Assembly (NCBI GenBank): GCA_965205335.1
Contig: OZ242164.1
Location: 448,001-512,000 of the forward strand
DNA length: 64,000 bases
Reading direction: 5' to 3'
Origin: Candidatus Woesearchaeota archaeon
Lineage (GTDB): Archaea; Nanobdellota; Nanobdellia; Woesearchaeales; UBA583
The stretch's first letter is position 1. The number at the start of each line of letters is the position of its first letter. Both the position numbers and the translations under genes were made by a program. The notes below the pieces were generated by a model. The model saw nothing but the letters and a program-made list of their open reading frames with translations, made no database searches and had not been told where the DNA came from. Shown here one piece after another: positions 28,394 to 38,126 of the stretch.

Positions 28394-29911
28394 TTACCTC
28401 ACAATCTCGCGTCTCATCATCTCCCTGTTTTTAAGCCACTCCAAATCACAAGTAGCGCCTGTAATCTCTCTCATTGAACTCTTACCACACAACAAAGTTG
28501 CCACACGCGATGCCCCCATTCCCCACGCAATAATTATCTTATCCCCAAGACCCAAAGGTTCAAGAGTTTCTTTTCTAAAAATACCTGAATTAATCAATGC
28601 ATACCACTTCTTCATCTTTGGGTCATAATAATGGGCTTCCATTGAAGGCTCTGTATAAGGATTAAAAGTTGGCTTAAACTTAATTTTCTTAATACCAAGC
28701 TTAGAATAATACATAGAAATAAAACCCATCAAATCAGCAAGCGATAAATCATCTCCAACAATAAACCCTTCCGCCTGATAAAACTCTGCTAAATGAGTTG
28801 CATCAATTGCCTCATTACGAAAATTGCACGCAATATAAAAATACTTCCCATTAATATCTTCTCCCTTCTTTAACCTCTTCCCAAGTTCATGCAAAGTTCT
28901 AAAACTAGTAGCAGTAGAATGAGTTCTAAGAAGTCTCTTCTTTGCAATATCATAACTCCACTCACCTGTCTGAGTATGAGTTTTCTTAATACCTATCTCA
29001 TGCATTTTTCTAACCTTAGATGCAATATTTTTTGGAATATCACACTCCCCATCAAGATAAAAAGTATCCTGCTCATCACGTGCTGGGTGGTCCTGAGGAA
29101 TCCACATAACATCCATATTCCAGAAAGCCGACTCAACCATTGGCCCGCTCATCTCAGAAAACCCCATCTCAACAAAAACATCACGCAAAATATTATTTGC
29201 CTCAAGCATTGGATGGTATCTCCCAATATTACTATAACCTGCTTTAAGACTAACATCATAATGCCTAAACTCCTTGCCCTTCCAACTCTGAGTTTTCAAC
29301 ATAGAAGAATCAACTGCCTCAAGAAGATTCAGCTTAGAATACTTAGCCTTAAACTCTGTGGAAACTCTCTCACCCTTCTTCGTCAAACTATAAGAAAAAT
29401 TCTTCTTTGAAAACTCCCTTAAAAAACCTGCTCTCTTTGAAAACTCCAAAAAAACCTTCTTCTGAGAAGAACTTAACTCACTCTCTAAAACATCATCAGT
29501 AAACAACTTCAAAGGATTAGAATAAGACTTCAGAAAACCCTTAGCAGAAGACTTGGCAATAACTACCTGTTCACCTCCCTCTCTATGCACATCAACTAAA
29601 CCATTTCTCTTTAAAACCCCAAGAGCAGAACCAACCAAAGCCTTATCCAGACTTAACTCAGACATCTTCTTTTTAGAAGAAATCACTTCCCTTAACAAAC
29701 TAATCTCAGGCAAATCAGACAAAACATATTTCTTTCCAAACTTATCAAGCCCTACAAAAACATCATCTCTCCACTCAACCTTCGCAAAAGAATTAGCCTC
29801 AAGAAGTTGCACACCCTTTTTTAACTCAGCCTCAGATAAACTATCCCCTCTCAAAACTGCTCTCTCCAAAGGATGAAGCCTGTAAATAATTGCTCTAATA
29901 TCATCACTCAT
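28394..29911 (-). CDS. pheS: Phenylalanyl-tRNA synthetase alpha subunit
   Basis: QDHPARDEQDTF, LRTHST, FRNEAIDATHLAEF, FNPYTEPS. Confidence 0.96.
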   Translation of the reverse strand: MSDDIRAIIYRLHPLERAVLRGDSLSEAELKKGVQLLEANSFAKVEWRDDVFVGLDKFGKKYVLSDLPEISLLREVISSKKKMSELSLDKALVGSALGVLKRNGLVDVHREGGEQVVIAKSSAKGFLKSYSNPLKLFTDDVLESELSSSQKKVFLEFSKRAGFLREFSKKNFSYSLTKKGERVSTEFKAKYSKLNLLEAVDSSMLKTQSWKGKEFRHYDVSLKAGYSNIGRYHPMLEANNILRDVFVEMGFSEMSGPMVESAFWNMDVMWIPQDHPARDEQDTFYLDGECDIPKNIASKVRKMHEIGIKKTHTQTGEWSYDIAKKRLLRTHSTATSFRTLHELGKRLKKGEDINGKYFYIACNFRNEAIDATHLAEFYQAEGFIVGDDLSLADLMGFISMYYSKLGIKKIKFKPTFNPYTEPSMEAHYYDPKMKKWYALINSGIFRKETLEPLGLGDKIIIAWGMGASRVATLLCGKSSMREITGATCDLEWLKNREMMRREIVR

Positions 29912-30090
29912 AAAAATTTACGAAATAACTCTTATATAAATCTTTCTTAAAATACAATCCTTTAAACTACCCAAACACAATTAGATTTCCTTAATTTATC
30001 TTTCATTTCCCCCACCTTAATTAACGAATTTATTTACTCCCATCAGATTGTGCAATAAACTATTAAATCCAGACACCGTAAAACAAATAA

Positions 30091-30426
30091 ATGACAGAAC
30101 TAAACATGCCCATATACGAAATTTCAATGGCAGCATTTGCAGTTCTTATTTTCATAACAATTCTGTCTGGAATTTTCATAGTAACCAATCCTGACTTTGT
30201 CCACACAAAAACAGTTCTAAACGAGGCAACATTTGTATCATCTCTTATGGAAGAAAACACAAACATAAACCTAAACACGGACCCCCAAAAAACAATAATA
30301 ATTAAAACCGATCCTATAAACAAAATAAACGCAAAATTAGAAGACACAGAAACCCCATTAACCAAATCATACCTCGGAAAAGAAAAAGAAATTTCAAGCA
30401 ATGAGAACACAATAACTATCTCCTAA
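30091..30426 (+). CDS. Small membrane-anchored hypothetical protein
   Basis: N-terminal TM helix; abuts the next gene. Confidence 0.6.
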   Translation: MTELNMPIYEISMAAFAVLIFITILSGIFIVTNPDFVHTKTVLNEATFVSSLMEENTNINLNTDPQKTIIIKTDPINKINAKLEDTETPLTKSYLGKEKEISSNENTITIS

Positions 30427-30427
30427 A

Positions 30428-32410
30428 ATGAACTCAGACAATTACCTTAAATTTCTCTACAAAGCAGTAAAAGAAAAAAAAATAATTGAAAAAACAAAAA
30501 TCAGATTCTTTTGCGAAAACAAAGAAATTCCACAAAAAAACTTAACCATAAAAAAAATTATTGTGCAAAAATACATAACAGAAGTAAACTTATCCGACAA
30601 AAGAAAACTTCTAATCTTAGACAATCCATTAAACACACTTCTCTTTCACACAATCCTTATCGGAGAAGAATGCGATTTATACGAATTTAGAATTGGAAAC
30701 AAACCTCAAAAATACATAGCAGACAAAAAAATACTTGAAATAATACAATCACAAAGAAAAGTTATCAGTGTAAAAGAAGTTCTCCCAAAAGAATTACTCA
30801 ACATTAAATTTGAATTAGACTTTAAAACTCCTACTATTATAAACAACCTAAAAGAATACTCATATGAAACTCTCAATATAGACTTCAACAAAATTCACAT
30901 AACAAAATCAGATAAAACTGAATTTTTTACACCAACAATAAACTCTGAGCACCTTCAACTTGCAATTGATATGAAAATCCCAATAGTGCATATGATTGAA
31001 AACGGATACATACGTGATACATATATAAACGTGCATGACAACCTAAAACACAAAGAAATCATAAAACCCCTTCTAATCCTAGAGAAAAAAGAAGAACAAT
31101 ACTTCAAAAAAGACTCGCTCTCAAAAATATATAAAGACCTATCAACAGATTATTACCTAAAAATAAACTATGAAGAACTCAAAGACAAACTAAACAACAT
31201 AAAAATAACAAACACATCCCCAAATCTCTGGCTAAGTAAAATAAAGAACATAAACAACATAAGAATAAGTTTTCCTCAGGGAACAATCCCACTCCCTCTG
31301 TGGAAAAGATCCAAAAAAAACTCCTTTGTACTAATCAAAAATACAGACCACTTCTTAAGTATAACAGGATTAAAATTCACATTAGACATTGACAAATTAG
31401 AAGACTTATACATAATTGATGAAGAAGGGAAAAAAGGTTATATGAGAAGACTATACCTAAAACAAAACTTAGAAAACTCATTTAACACTCTCTCAGAATC
31501 CCGGATTGTTGAATTCAAAAACGAATTGGACTTTATCATTAAAACAACATTTGAAAACAATATCATAGCACTAATACAAAAAGAAAAAATAGATGCAAAC
31601 GAAATAAACAAACTTAATCATCACTTAGAAAAACTATACAAAACAATCTTAGAAAGAACAATTGAACTAAACAAAAAACCGCATATAGTAAAACCCAAAA
31701 CTCTAATTGAAAATTATTTATTTGGATACCTATATTACATTGAAAAAAACTTAATTGATTTCATGAAAAAACCAAAACACAAAAAATTCCTGCAAGAATG
31801 TATTGTAGGAATCAAAAAATTCAATTTCTTTATTGAAGGATATGATATGGACGAAAGAGAACTTTACTTTGTATGTGCCATATTCAAAATTTACACTACT
31901 TCACTTGAAATATTTGATAAAAACTCCTCAGATGCTCTAAACAATGAATTCAACCAAACCATTTCTAATCTAAGATTTCTAATTGACGATAAAAAAAGAG
32001 ACTCATCCATTGAATACGGAGAATATTTCAAAGACATCCTGACAGGAATTTATGCAAAGAGAAAACACAAAGTAATTATAGTTCAAAACATCCAAAACAA
32101 ACAACTCATAGAATCTAAACTAAACAAATTTATAAGAATAGATGCATACCTTAACAAAACATCAAGAGTAATCCCAAACTATGAATTAATTAATAAAATA
32201 TTTCCATATTCAAGCAAAGAAGTAGCAAACGAAATAAAAAGAATGAACCCATCTAAAGATGAAGTTTTCACAATCAAAACCAAAAACAGAAACATTGAAA
32301 TCAAAGAAAATTATTATACAATAGTTAACCAATATGAAGGATATAAAACAATTGCCTCAAATAAGGAGTTTGAATTAATCTCTAAAATTTCTACAAACAA
32401 GCATTCCTGA
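30428..32410 (+). CDS. Highly degenerate isoleucyl-tRNA synthetase-like protein lacking HIGH/KMSKS
   Basis: Colinear weak similarity to IleRS blocks (see findings); intact 660-aa ORF. Confidence 0.6.
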   Translation: MNSDNYLKFLYKAVKEKKIIEKTKIRFFCENKEIPQKNLTIKKIIVQKYITEVNLSDKRKLLILDNPLNTLLFHTILIGEECDLYEFRIGNKPQKYIADKKILEIIQSQRKVISVKEVLPKELLNIKFELDFKTPTIINNLKEYSYETLNIDFNKIHITKSDKTEFFTPTINSEHLQLAIDMKIPIVHMIENGYIRDTYINVHDNLKHKEIIKPLLILEKKEEQYFKKDSLSKIYKDLSTDYYLKINYEELKDKLNNIKITNTSPNLWLSKIKNINNIRISFPQGTIPLPLWKRSKKNSFVLIKNTDHFLSITGLKFTLDIDKLEDLYIIDEEGKKGYMRRLYLKQNLENSFNTLSESRIVEFKNELDFIIKTTFENNIIALIQKEKIDANEINKLNHHLEKLYKTILERTIELNKKPHIVKPKTLIENYLFGYLYYIEKNLIDFMKKPKHKKFLQECIVGIKKFNFFIEGYDMDERELYFVCAIFKIYTTSLEIFDKNSSDALNNEFNQTISNLRFLIDDKKRDSSIEYGEYFKDILTGIYAKRKHKVIIVQNIQNKQLIESKLNKFIRIDAYLNKTSRVIPNYELINKIFPYSSKEVANEIKRMNPSKDEVFTIKTKNRNIEIKENYYTIVNQYEGYKTIASNKEFELISKISTNKHS

Positions 32411-32938
32411 ACCTAATTCAATTCTCTCACACAAATACTTGGATTTCATAAATTCAACAAACTTTCCCATGTAACTATGAGAACTTATATTATCAAAAAC
32501 CATCACAAAACTTTCACTTAGAAGATTCTTCCCTTCAAACATCTCTACAATTTCCCTATACTGCTTCTGAGCCGCATCAACAAAAACTAAATCAAACACG
32601 CAATCAAACTTATAATTATTCAAAACGCAAAAAACATCCCCTTTCAAACAACTAATTTTCTCATCCAATTCACACAAAGAAAAATTCTTCTTAGCTTCAT
32701 TAAACCTAAAATCATCAATTTCAATTGTAAATATCTTTCCCTTATGAAATTCTCTTGCCAAAAATAAAGTAGAATACCCATTAGAAGTTCCAATCTCAAG
32801 TATGTTTTCGGGTTTTTTAAAAGAAACTAAATTTGATAAAAATTCCCCCTGTTCTCTTGTTATATCCCAATACTTAGAATCAAATTTAGACTCTTCAAGT
32901 TCATAAAACTTCTTATCAATCAAATTATTAGATGGCAT
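32375..32938 (-). CDS. Class I SAM-dependent O-methyltransferase (YrrM/CCoAOMT-like)
   Basis: ILEIGTSNGYST, FDLVFVDAAQKQY, VFDN. Confidence 0.88.
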   Translation of the reverse strand: MPSNNLIDKKFYELEESKFDSKYWDITREQGEFLSNLVSFKKPENILEIGTSNGYSTLFLAREFHKGKIFTIEIDDFRFNEAKKNFSLCELDEKISCLKGDVFCVLNNYKFDCVFDLVFVDAAQKQYREIVEMFEGKNLLSESFVMVFDNISSHSYMGKFVEFMKSKYLCERIELGSGMLVCRNFRD

Positions 32939-32957
32939 AATTCATACCTAAACAAAT

Positions 32958-33062
32958 CTACTTAGAATTTCTAATCTTTCTCTTCCTGACTCTCATAATC
33001 TTCTTTTGCCATTTCCATCTCATCTGCCCCTTCTTTTTCCACCTTCTGGAACTTCTTTTCAT
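32958..33062 (-). CDS. rpl41e: Ribosomal protein eL41 (eS32), 34 aa, not in ORF track
   Basis: MKRSSRRWKKKGQMRWKWQKKIMRVRKRKIRNSK. Confidence 0.85.
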   Translation of the reverse strand: MKRSSRRWKKKGQMRWKWQKKIMRVRKRKIRNSK

Positions 33063-33207
33063 TTATTATTTTAACCTCTCTAATTTTTTGATTAAACTTA
33101 CAAAAATTAATTATAATAACTTTTTAAATGTTTGCCCAAAAAAAAATTTTCTATTTAAGAACACTAAACTTAATATCGTCACCTTAAAAAAAAACTCTAA
33201 CAAAAAA

Positions 33208-33378
33208 TTAAACTTTAAGTTTATTCCTTCTCCAACTTCTCTTTCTTGACAAACGAGAGGGATGAACTTTCTTACCTGAACCAAACTTCTTAAGCACTAC
33301 AAAAACAGGAGCCCACTTAGTATTCCTATTAGCCCTAATCAACCTTGATTTCTTCGCTGGATGTTTATACCGTGTCAT
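33208..33378 (-). CDS. rpl39e: Ribosomal protein eL39, 56 aa, not in ORF track
   Basis: MTRYKHPAKKSRLIRANRNTKWAPVFVVLKK..HPSR..RSWRRNKLKV. Confidence 0.9.
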   Translation of the reverse strand: MTRYKHPAKKSRLIRANRNTKWAPVFVVLKKFGSGKKVHPSRLSRKRSWRRNKLKV

Positions 33379-33880
33379 TCTTATCTTCCTCCTCTAAATT
33401 ATCACCTTCACTACTCTTAGTCTTTTCATCATTATTATCCTCACTATCATTTAAATTCCCACCAGAAGACTCCTCTGATTCCCCTTCCTGCGAGGAAGCA
33501 TTTTCACTCTCACCTTCACTCTCTTGAGCTTGAGGACTTTCCTCATTAGAAACATTCTCCATCTCACCTTCTTGAGCCTGATTCCCTTCCTCATTAGAAA
33601 CCCCCTTAGAATTTCTATTCACTATATGCTTAGAAGTTAGCCTTTCAAGAGTCTCTTTCTTATCGTAAACATTAGCACTTACAAGCACATTCAAACTACC
33701 ATAATGCGACTTAATTGAATTAACAACTACTAAATTTTCTTTTGTCTTAAACTTCTTTGCAATCTCCTCTTTTACCTTTGCCCTTGCATGAGTTGGTCCC
33801 TCCGTTTCAATCTGAACTAAAACCTCCTTTCTCCCCAAGAGTTTATTATCGCTTTCTTTTACAACTTCCATTTTACTCAT
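33365..33880 (-). CDS. rps24e: Ribosomal protein eS24 with ~80-aa acidic C-terminal tail
   Basis: NKLLGRKEV..T..R..VKEEIA..VVVNSIKSHYG..ANVYD. Confidence 0.9.
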   Translation of the reverse strand: MSKMEVVKESDNKLLGRKEVLVQIETEGPTHARAKVKEEIAKKFKTKENLVVVNSIKSHYGSLNVLVSANVYDKKETLERLTSKHIVNRNSKGVSNEEGNQAQEGEMENVSNEESPQAQESEGESENASSQEGESEESSGGNLNDSEDNNDEKTKSSEGDNLEEEDKNDTV

Positions 33881-34502
33881 CTACAATCTCCGTTTTAACA
33901 ATCTTCCTTGTAACTTCCTTAATCCCATCCTTTGTTACAATCCTTGCAATATATCCTCCTCCACTTGCATTATCATTCTTAAATGATGCCTTAAAACACT
34001 TATCAAGCAAATCTAAAGCTTCCTTTTCTGACATATCTTTTTTATACTGCGAATCAAGAATACTCTTCACAAAAATACTACCAGAGCCCGTAGTTGCATA
34101 AGGCTCAACATCAATCATAGTTCCATCAGGACTCATATCATACAAAGATGCTCCATCCTTCTCATCAAATCCTCCCAAAATACTTGCTACAATCGCTCCC
34201 TGAGATCTTGCCCCGCTATACTGAAACGAATTAAGAACTGATGCTACCTCAGAAACTCTTGCAGTTCTTTCCTTCTTTAACTCAAGCAACTTAACCTCTG
34301 ACTTTAAGTATCTCATAAACAACTGTGCTGGAGATGCATGCCCTGCAATTGTTGCAACCGTATTAGATGAAACATTAAAAATCTTTGTAAACTTATCACT
34401 CTCAATTTTATATGTTGTAATTCTTCTATCCGCACTAAGCAAAACTCCATCCTTAAACAAAAACCCAATACAAGTAGTTCCCGTTTTAACCTCATTTAAC
34501 AT
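33873..34502 (-). CDS. psmB: Proteasome beta subunit
   Basis: KTG|TTCIG autoprocessing site, ADRR, TGSGS, D.ASGG. Confidence 0.95.
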   Translation of the reverse strand: MLNEVKTGTTCIGFLFKDGVLLSADRRITTYKIESDKFTKIFNVSSNTVATIAGHASPAQLFMRYLKSEVKLLELKKERTARVSEVASVLNSFQYSGARSQGAIVASILGGFDEKDGASLYDMSPDGTMIDVEPYATTGSGSIFVKSILDSQYKKDMSEKEALDLLDKCFKASFKNDNASGGGYIARIVTKDGIKEVTRKIVKTEIVDE

Positions 34503-34523
34503 TTTTATACTCTCTTTACCTCC

Positions 34524-35126
34524 TTACTTAGCAGCTGCTGCCATCTTCTCTATCTCATGCCTCTTAGACATTGCCATACTATTTGAATTACCCTCATAAC
34601 AACTTAAAATATCCTCAACTAAGGCGCTAACCAATGACTTATTTGAATCAAACGCTTTATACGCCGCTCCCTGACAAATACTGCGAATAACCAAATCAAC
34701 CCTTCTCTGTGGTCCCATATCCACCGCCTGAGCATACCTCGCGCCTGATCTCTCAATTGTAATTACTTCCTCTCTTGGTGCGGCTTTCTCAATAGCAATA
34801 ACAAGCACCTGAATTGGATTCTCCTTAGTTCTCTTTTCAAGTTCCTCTAAAACCTTATACATCATGTTCAAATGCAACTTAGACTTACCAGTATTATGTC
34901 CTGATGTCTGCTTATGCTTTTTTCCCTTATGCCCTGTAACTGCCATCCTATTCATAAACCTCTCAATAATATTAACCTTAGTCTTATAAAAAGCAGTATT
35001 ATGATGATAACCATTAGTTCTTGGAACCAAAATAGGACTTAAATTAATATACGGCTTTAAACCCTGATCTGATACAATAACACCTCTAAACGTCCATCTA
35101 TCAAATAACTTAATATCTTCTACCAT
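34524..35126 (-). CDS. rps7: Ribosomal protein uS7
   Basis: IKLFDRW, NPIQVLV.AIEKAAPREE, AVDMGPQRRVD. Confidence 0.96.
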   Translation of the reverse strand: MVEDIKLFDRWTFRGVIVSDQGLKPYINLSPILVPRTNGYHHNTAFYKTKVNIIERFMNRMAVTGHKGKKHKQTSGHNTGKSKLHLNMMYKVLEELEKRTKENPIQVLVIAIEKAAPREEVITIERSGARYAQAVDMGPQRRVDLVIRSICQGAAYKAFDSNKSLVSALVEDILSCYEGNSNSMAMSKRHEIEKMAAAAK

Positions 35127-35127
35127 C

Positions 35128-35550
35128 TTACTTTCTCGCCCTCTCTATCTTACCTCTAACCAAAGCTCTTAAAGACTGCCCATTCACCTGAATAACCTTC
35201 CAACGAATTCCAGGAATATCTCCTTTGGACTTCCCCTTAATTCCGCCAATACCTTCAATCATTACCTCATCATGCTCATTAATAACCTTAGAAGCATTAT
35301 TTCCCGGAAGAAATGCCGCAACAGACTTACCATTCTTTGATAACTGAACAATAACACACTTTCTCAATGCTGAATTAGGCTGTTTTGCTTCCCTTTCCGT
35401 CTTCTCAAGAACAATTCCCTTAGCCTGTGACGAATTCTCAAGCGGGTCATACTTAGCCTTCTTTAAAGGATCAACTCTGACCTTCTTAAACTTAGACCTT
35501 CTCTCAATAAGTTTCTTTGCTCCAAACAATCCATTTGTCTTTCTTGCCAT
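35128..35550 (-). CDS. rps12: Ribosomal protein uS12
   Basis: [23 protein letters not shown]; upstream GGAGG. Confidence 0.97.
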   Translation of the reverse strand: MARKTNGLFGAKKLIERRSKFKKVRVDPLKKAKYDPLENSSQAKGIVLEKTEREAKQPNSALRKCVIVQLSKNGKSVAAFLPGNNASKVINEHDEVMIEGIGGIKGKSKGDIPGIRWKVIQVNGQSLRALVRGKIERARK

Positions 35551-35589
35551 TTTCAAATACTACCTCCTTTGCAAATAATAATTTCCATC

Positions 35590-35964
35590 TTATTTCACCT
35601 CAACTACTGCTACTATGGACACATTAAACGGCTTTCCAAGTTTCTGCCCTAACTCAAGATTATCAAGTTCCAACTCCACAACCTCAACATCTGATAACTT
35701 TGCATAATGCTTTAACACTCTCAAAGTTAACTCATCAGGATTTGACGAAGTATAAACCTTCTTCACTTTATTAGACCTAAACAATTTCTGAGCAGACCTT
35801 GCCCCAAGCACTAATTTCTTCTCCCTATTAAAAGCCAAAAGTTCTATAACATTCTTATCCTCAACTTTTTTATCCTTTGACCTTTTAACAAACGCCTTCG
35901 TAAAACCCTTTAACTCACTAGCAGGTGTTTGTTCCTCCATATACATTTCTGTGGCATTTTCCAT
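35590..35964 (-). CDS. rpl30e: Ribosomal protein eL30 (L7Ae/L30e family)
   Basis: KLVLGA..N..ELGQKLGKPFNVS; canonical position upstream of rps12. Confidence 0.85.
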   Translation of the reverse strand: MENATEMYMEEQTPASELKGFTKAFVKRSKDKKVEDKNVIELLAFNREKKLVLGARSAQKLFRSNKVKKVYTSSNPDELTLRVLKHYAKLSDVEVVELELDNLELGQKLGKPFNVSIVAVVEVK

Positions 35965-35979
35965 CTTTTAACGAAACAT

Positions 35980-36061
35980 AGAAGATGCGTTTAGAAGTCC
36001 CTTATCACTAATTCAGGAGTATACTCCATAACCAACACAAAGGTTACTTCTCACCTCTTCC
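35980..36061 (-). promoter_or_regulatory. Structured 5' leader of the rpl30e-rps12-rps7 operon
   Basis: Nested stems GGAAGA/TCTTCT, AGAAGT/ACTTCT, AACC/GGTT and GGAG/CTCC, beginning ~24 bp after the TATA box at 36085-92. Confidence 0.5.
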
Positions 36062-36106
36062 TTAAAAAAATTAATGCATTTCTCTTTATAAAACTAACCT
36101 ATTCAA

Positions 36107-36235
36107 GGCTCTGTCCGGAAATTGCTTTTTCCAAAATCTATGCTAACTATATTACAATCAAAGAAAAAAATTATTCGTCAAAAGTTGCTTTATTGATACA
36201 ATATTTTAAGTTCTCTTGAATTTCCGGACAGAGCC
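36107..36235. mobile_element. MITE copy 4 (129 bp, subtype II)
   Basis: TIR GGCTCTGTCCGGAAATT; TSD CTATTCAA at 36099-106 and 36236-43. Confidence 0.97.
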
Positions 36236-36340
36236 CTATTCAAACCATTAACACATTATAAAAACCTTGCAGAAAACAAAACATTAAACCATCAAATAAA
36301 AAACCTTCAACAAAACATTATACAAGAATAAAATAAAAAA

Positions 36341-36661
36341 TCACTCGTTCTTTTTGGAATCATCCTTATCAGACTTTTTCTTATCTGCTTTTCTCTCCTG
36401 CTCCTTTGGAGTTCTCACCTCTCCTTTAACTTTAACTTCAATTCCAGCCTTCTCAAAAGCTCCCTGAACAGTTTGAGTATCATCCCCTTTCTTAATGCCA
36501 AGAACCTTTGCCAGTGGTTCAATATGGGTCTTATTTACTTTCTTCCTTCGTGTATTTCCATCAATTAAAACATACTTATCATCAACAACCTCAACAATAA
36601 CACAATACTCCCCTGCATCTCTACCTGCAGTTTTAACACATAACCTTCCAACCTCTAACAT
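36341..36661 (-). CDS. rpl14e: Ribosomal protein eL14
   Basis: EVGRLCVKTAGRDAG..VLIDGNTRRKKVN..HIEP. Confidence 0.95.
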   Translation of the reverse strand: MLEVGRLCVKTAGRDAGEYCVIVEVVDDKYVLIDGNTRRKKVNKTHIEPLAKVLGIKKGDDTQTVQGAFEKAGIEVKVKGEVRTPKEQERKADKKKSDKDDSKKNE

Positions 36662-36668
36662 TTTTCAT

Positions 36669-36863
36669 CTAATCCTCCTCAGACCTCTTTGCAAGCCTTG
36701 TTATATACCCGACAATAGTATTTCTCATCCGTTTTGATGGAATCTTAGCAAACTTTTCTACAATCTCCTTATTCTTATCAAAACTCTCTGTAAACTCCTC
36801 TTTACCTTTCCCGTAAATTTTCTTACCATTAGCCTTTACATATCTGGTCTTAATTCTTCCCAT
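36669..36863 (-). CDS. rps17e: Ribosomal protein eS17
   Basis: MGRIKT..F..NK..SKRMRNTIVGYITR. Confidence 0.95.
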   Translation of the reverse strand: MGRIKTRYVKANGKKIYGKGKEEFTESFDKNKEIVEKFAKIPSKRMRNTIVGYITRLAKRSEED

Positions 36864-36958
36864 ACTAAAAATAATGCAATTCACTTTAAAAAGATTACTC
36901 AAAACAAAAACTATCCATTACCCAAAAAATTTATAACAAACTTAATACATACCTTACT

Positions 36959-37483
36959 ATGAAAATAACAATCTTCGGACTTGCAGGAACAGGAAAATCA
37001 ATAGTTGGAAAACTACTTGCAAAGAAACTAAATTACAAATACAAATCATCCGGCAATATGATGAGAGAATTCGCAAAACAAAGAAACCAGACAATCTATG
37101 AATTTGAAAAAGAAATCACATCAGATGAAACATTTAAATTTGACATACAACTTGACAACAAAATTAAAGAATTTGGCAAAAACAATAACGAATTTATCTT
37201 CGAATCAAGACTTGCATGGCACTTTATTCCTGACTCATTTAAAATCAAACTAATATGTAACAAAGAAGAATCATACAAAAGAATCTCCCAAAGAGAAGAT
37301 ATTTCCATAAACGAAGCAAAAAAGAAAACAATCCAAAGAGCAAACGAACTAATAGAAAGATACTCTAAAGTTTACCCACACATACAATTTCCTCCCCAAG
37401 ATAAAAAATTTGACATAATAATTGATACAACAAAAATAAGTCCCAAGCAAATAGTTTCTAAAATAATACAAAAAATAAAATAA
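36959..37483 (+). CDS. cmk: Cytidylate kinase, archaeal type
   Basis: ITIFGLAGTGKS, ESRLAWHF, RISQRE, FDIIIDTT. Confidence 0.88.
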   Translation: MKITIFGLAGTGKSIVGKLLAKKLNYKYKSSGNMMREFAKQRNQTIYEFEKEITSDETFKFDIQLDNKIKEFGKNNNEFIFESRLAWHFIPDSFKIKLICNKEESYKRISQREDISINEAKKKTIQRANELIERYSKVYPHIQFPPQDKKFDIIIDTTKISPKQIVSKIIQKIK

Positions 37484-37485
37484 CC

Positions 37486-38097
37486 CTAAGCAAAAACCGA
37501 TAAAAGTACCTGAGTAACCAAACCTGGGAAAAACAATGAAAAAAATATAAATACAAGCCCAATAATAATAAATGGCAGTATCAAAACAATCAGAGTCTGA
37601 GGTAAAGAGAACCTATAAAGTTCTGAAATTGAAACAAAAAGAGTGTAAACAAACCATGCAAAAAATACAGACATAACAAAAACACCATAAGCAAGTCCTA
37701 AAAACAAACTAACAAATGCAACTACAAATATAAGAAACGAATACACAATTGCAGAATGAAACCCAACAGACATCAAAGGTTCAATATGCTTCTTTGGATT
37801 AATAACTTCTGCCATTAATGCAAAAAAACCATATAAAAAATACACAATAAAATTAAACGCAAACGGATAAACCAGCAAAATCCCATAAAAAACAGGCATA
37901 TTAATCTCCCTACCTGCAAGATAGAACCCGCCTGATACAAGCCCTAGAAAATAAGTTACCAGAACTAACAAATAATTTATAAAAAGAGTAGTCAAAAAAA
38001 TCTCCTCTAAACTCTTTTCCCTTGAAACATGCCTTATGGTCTCCCTGTCAAAACTTAAAATCTTAAGACCCTGAAATAATGAAGTTCTTATATACAT
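37486..38097 (-). CDS. Yip1-like multi-pass membrane protein
   Basis: Five hydrophobic segments with Yip1-like spacing. Confidence 0.6.
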   Translation of the reverse strand: MYIRTSLFQGLKILSFDRETIRHVSREKSLEEIFLTTLFINYLLVLVTYFLGLVSGGFYLAGREINMPVFYGILLVYPFAFNFIVYFLYGFFALMAEVINPKKHIEPLMSVGFHSAIVYSFLIFVVAFVSLFLGLAYGVFVMSVFFAWFVYTLFVSISELYRFSLPQTLIVLILPFIIIGLVFIFFSLFFPGLVTQVLLSVFA

Positions 38098-38126
38098 AAA
38101 TTCTTCTACAAAAAATTACTATATAA

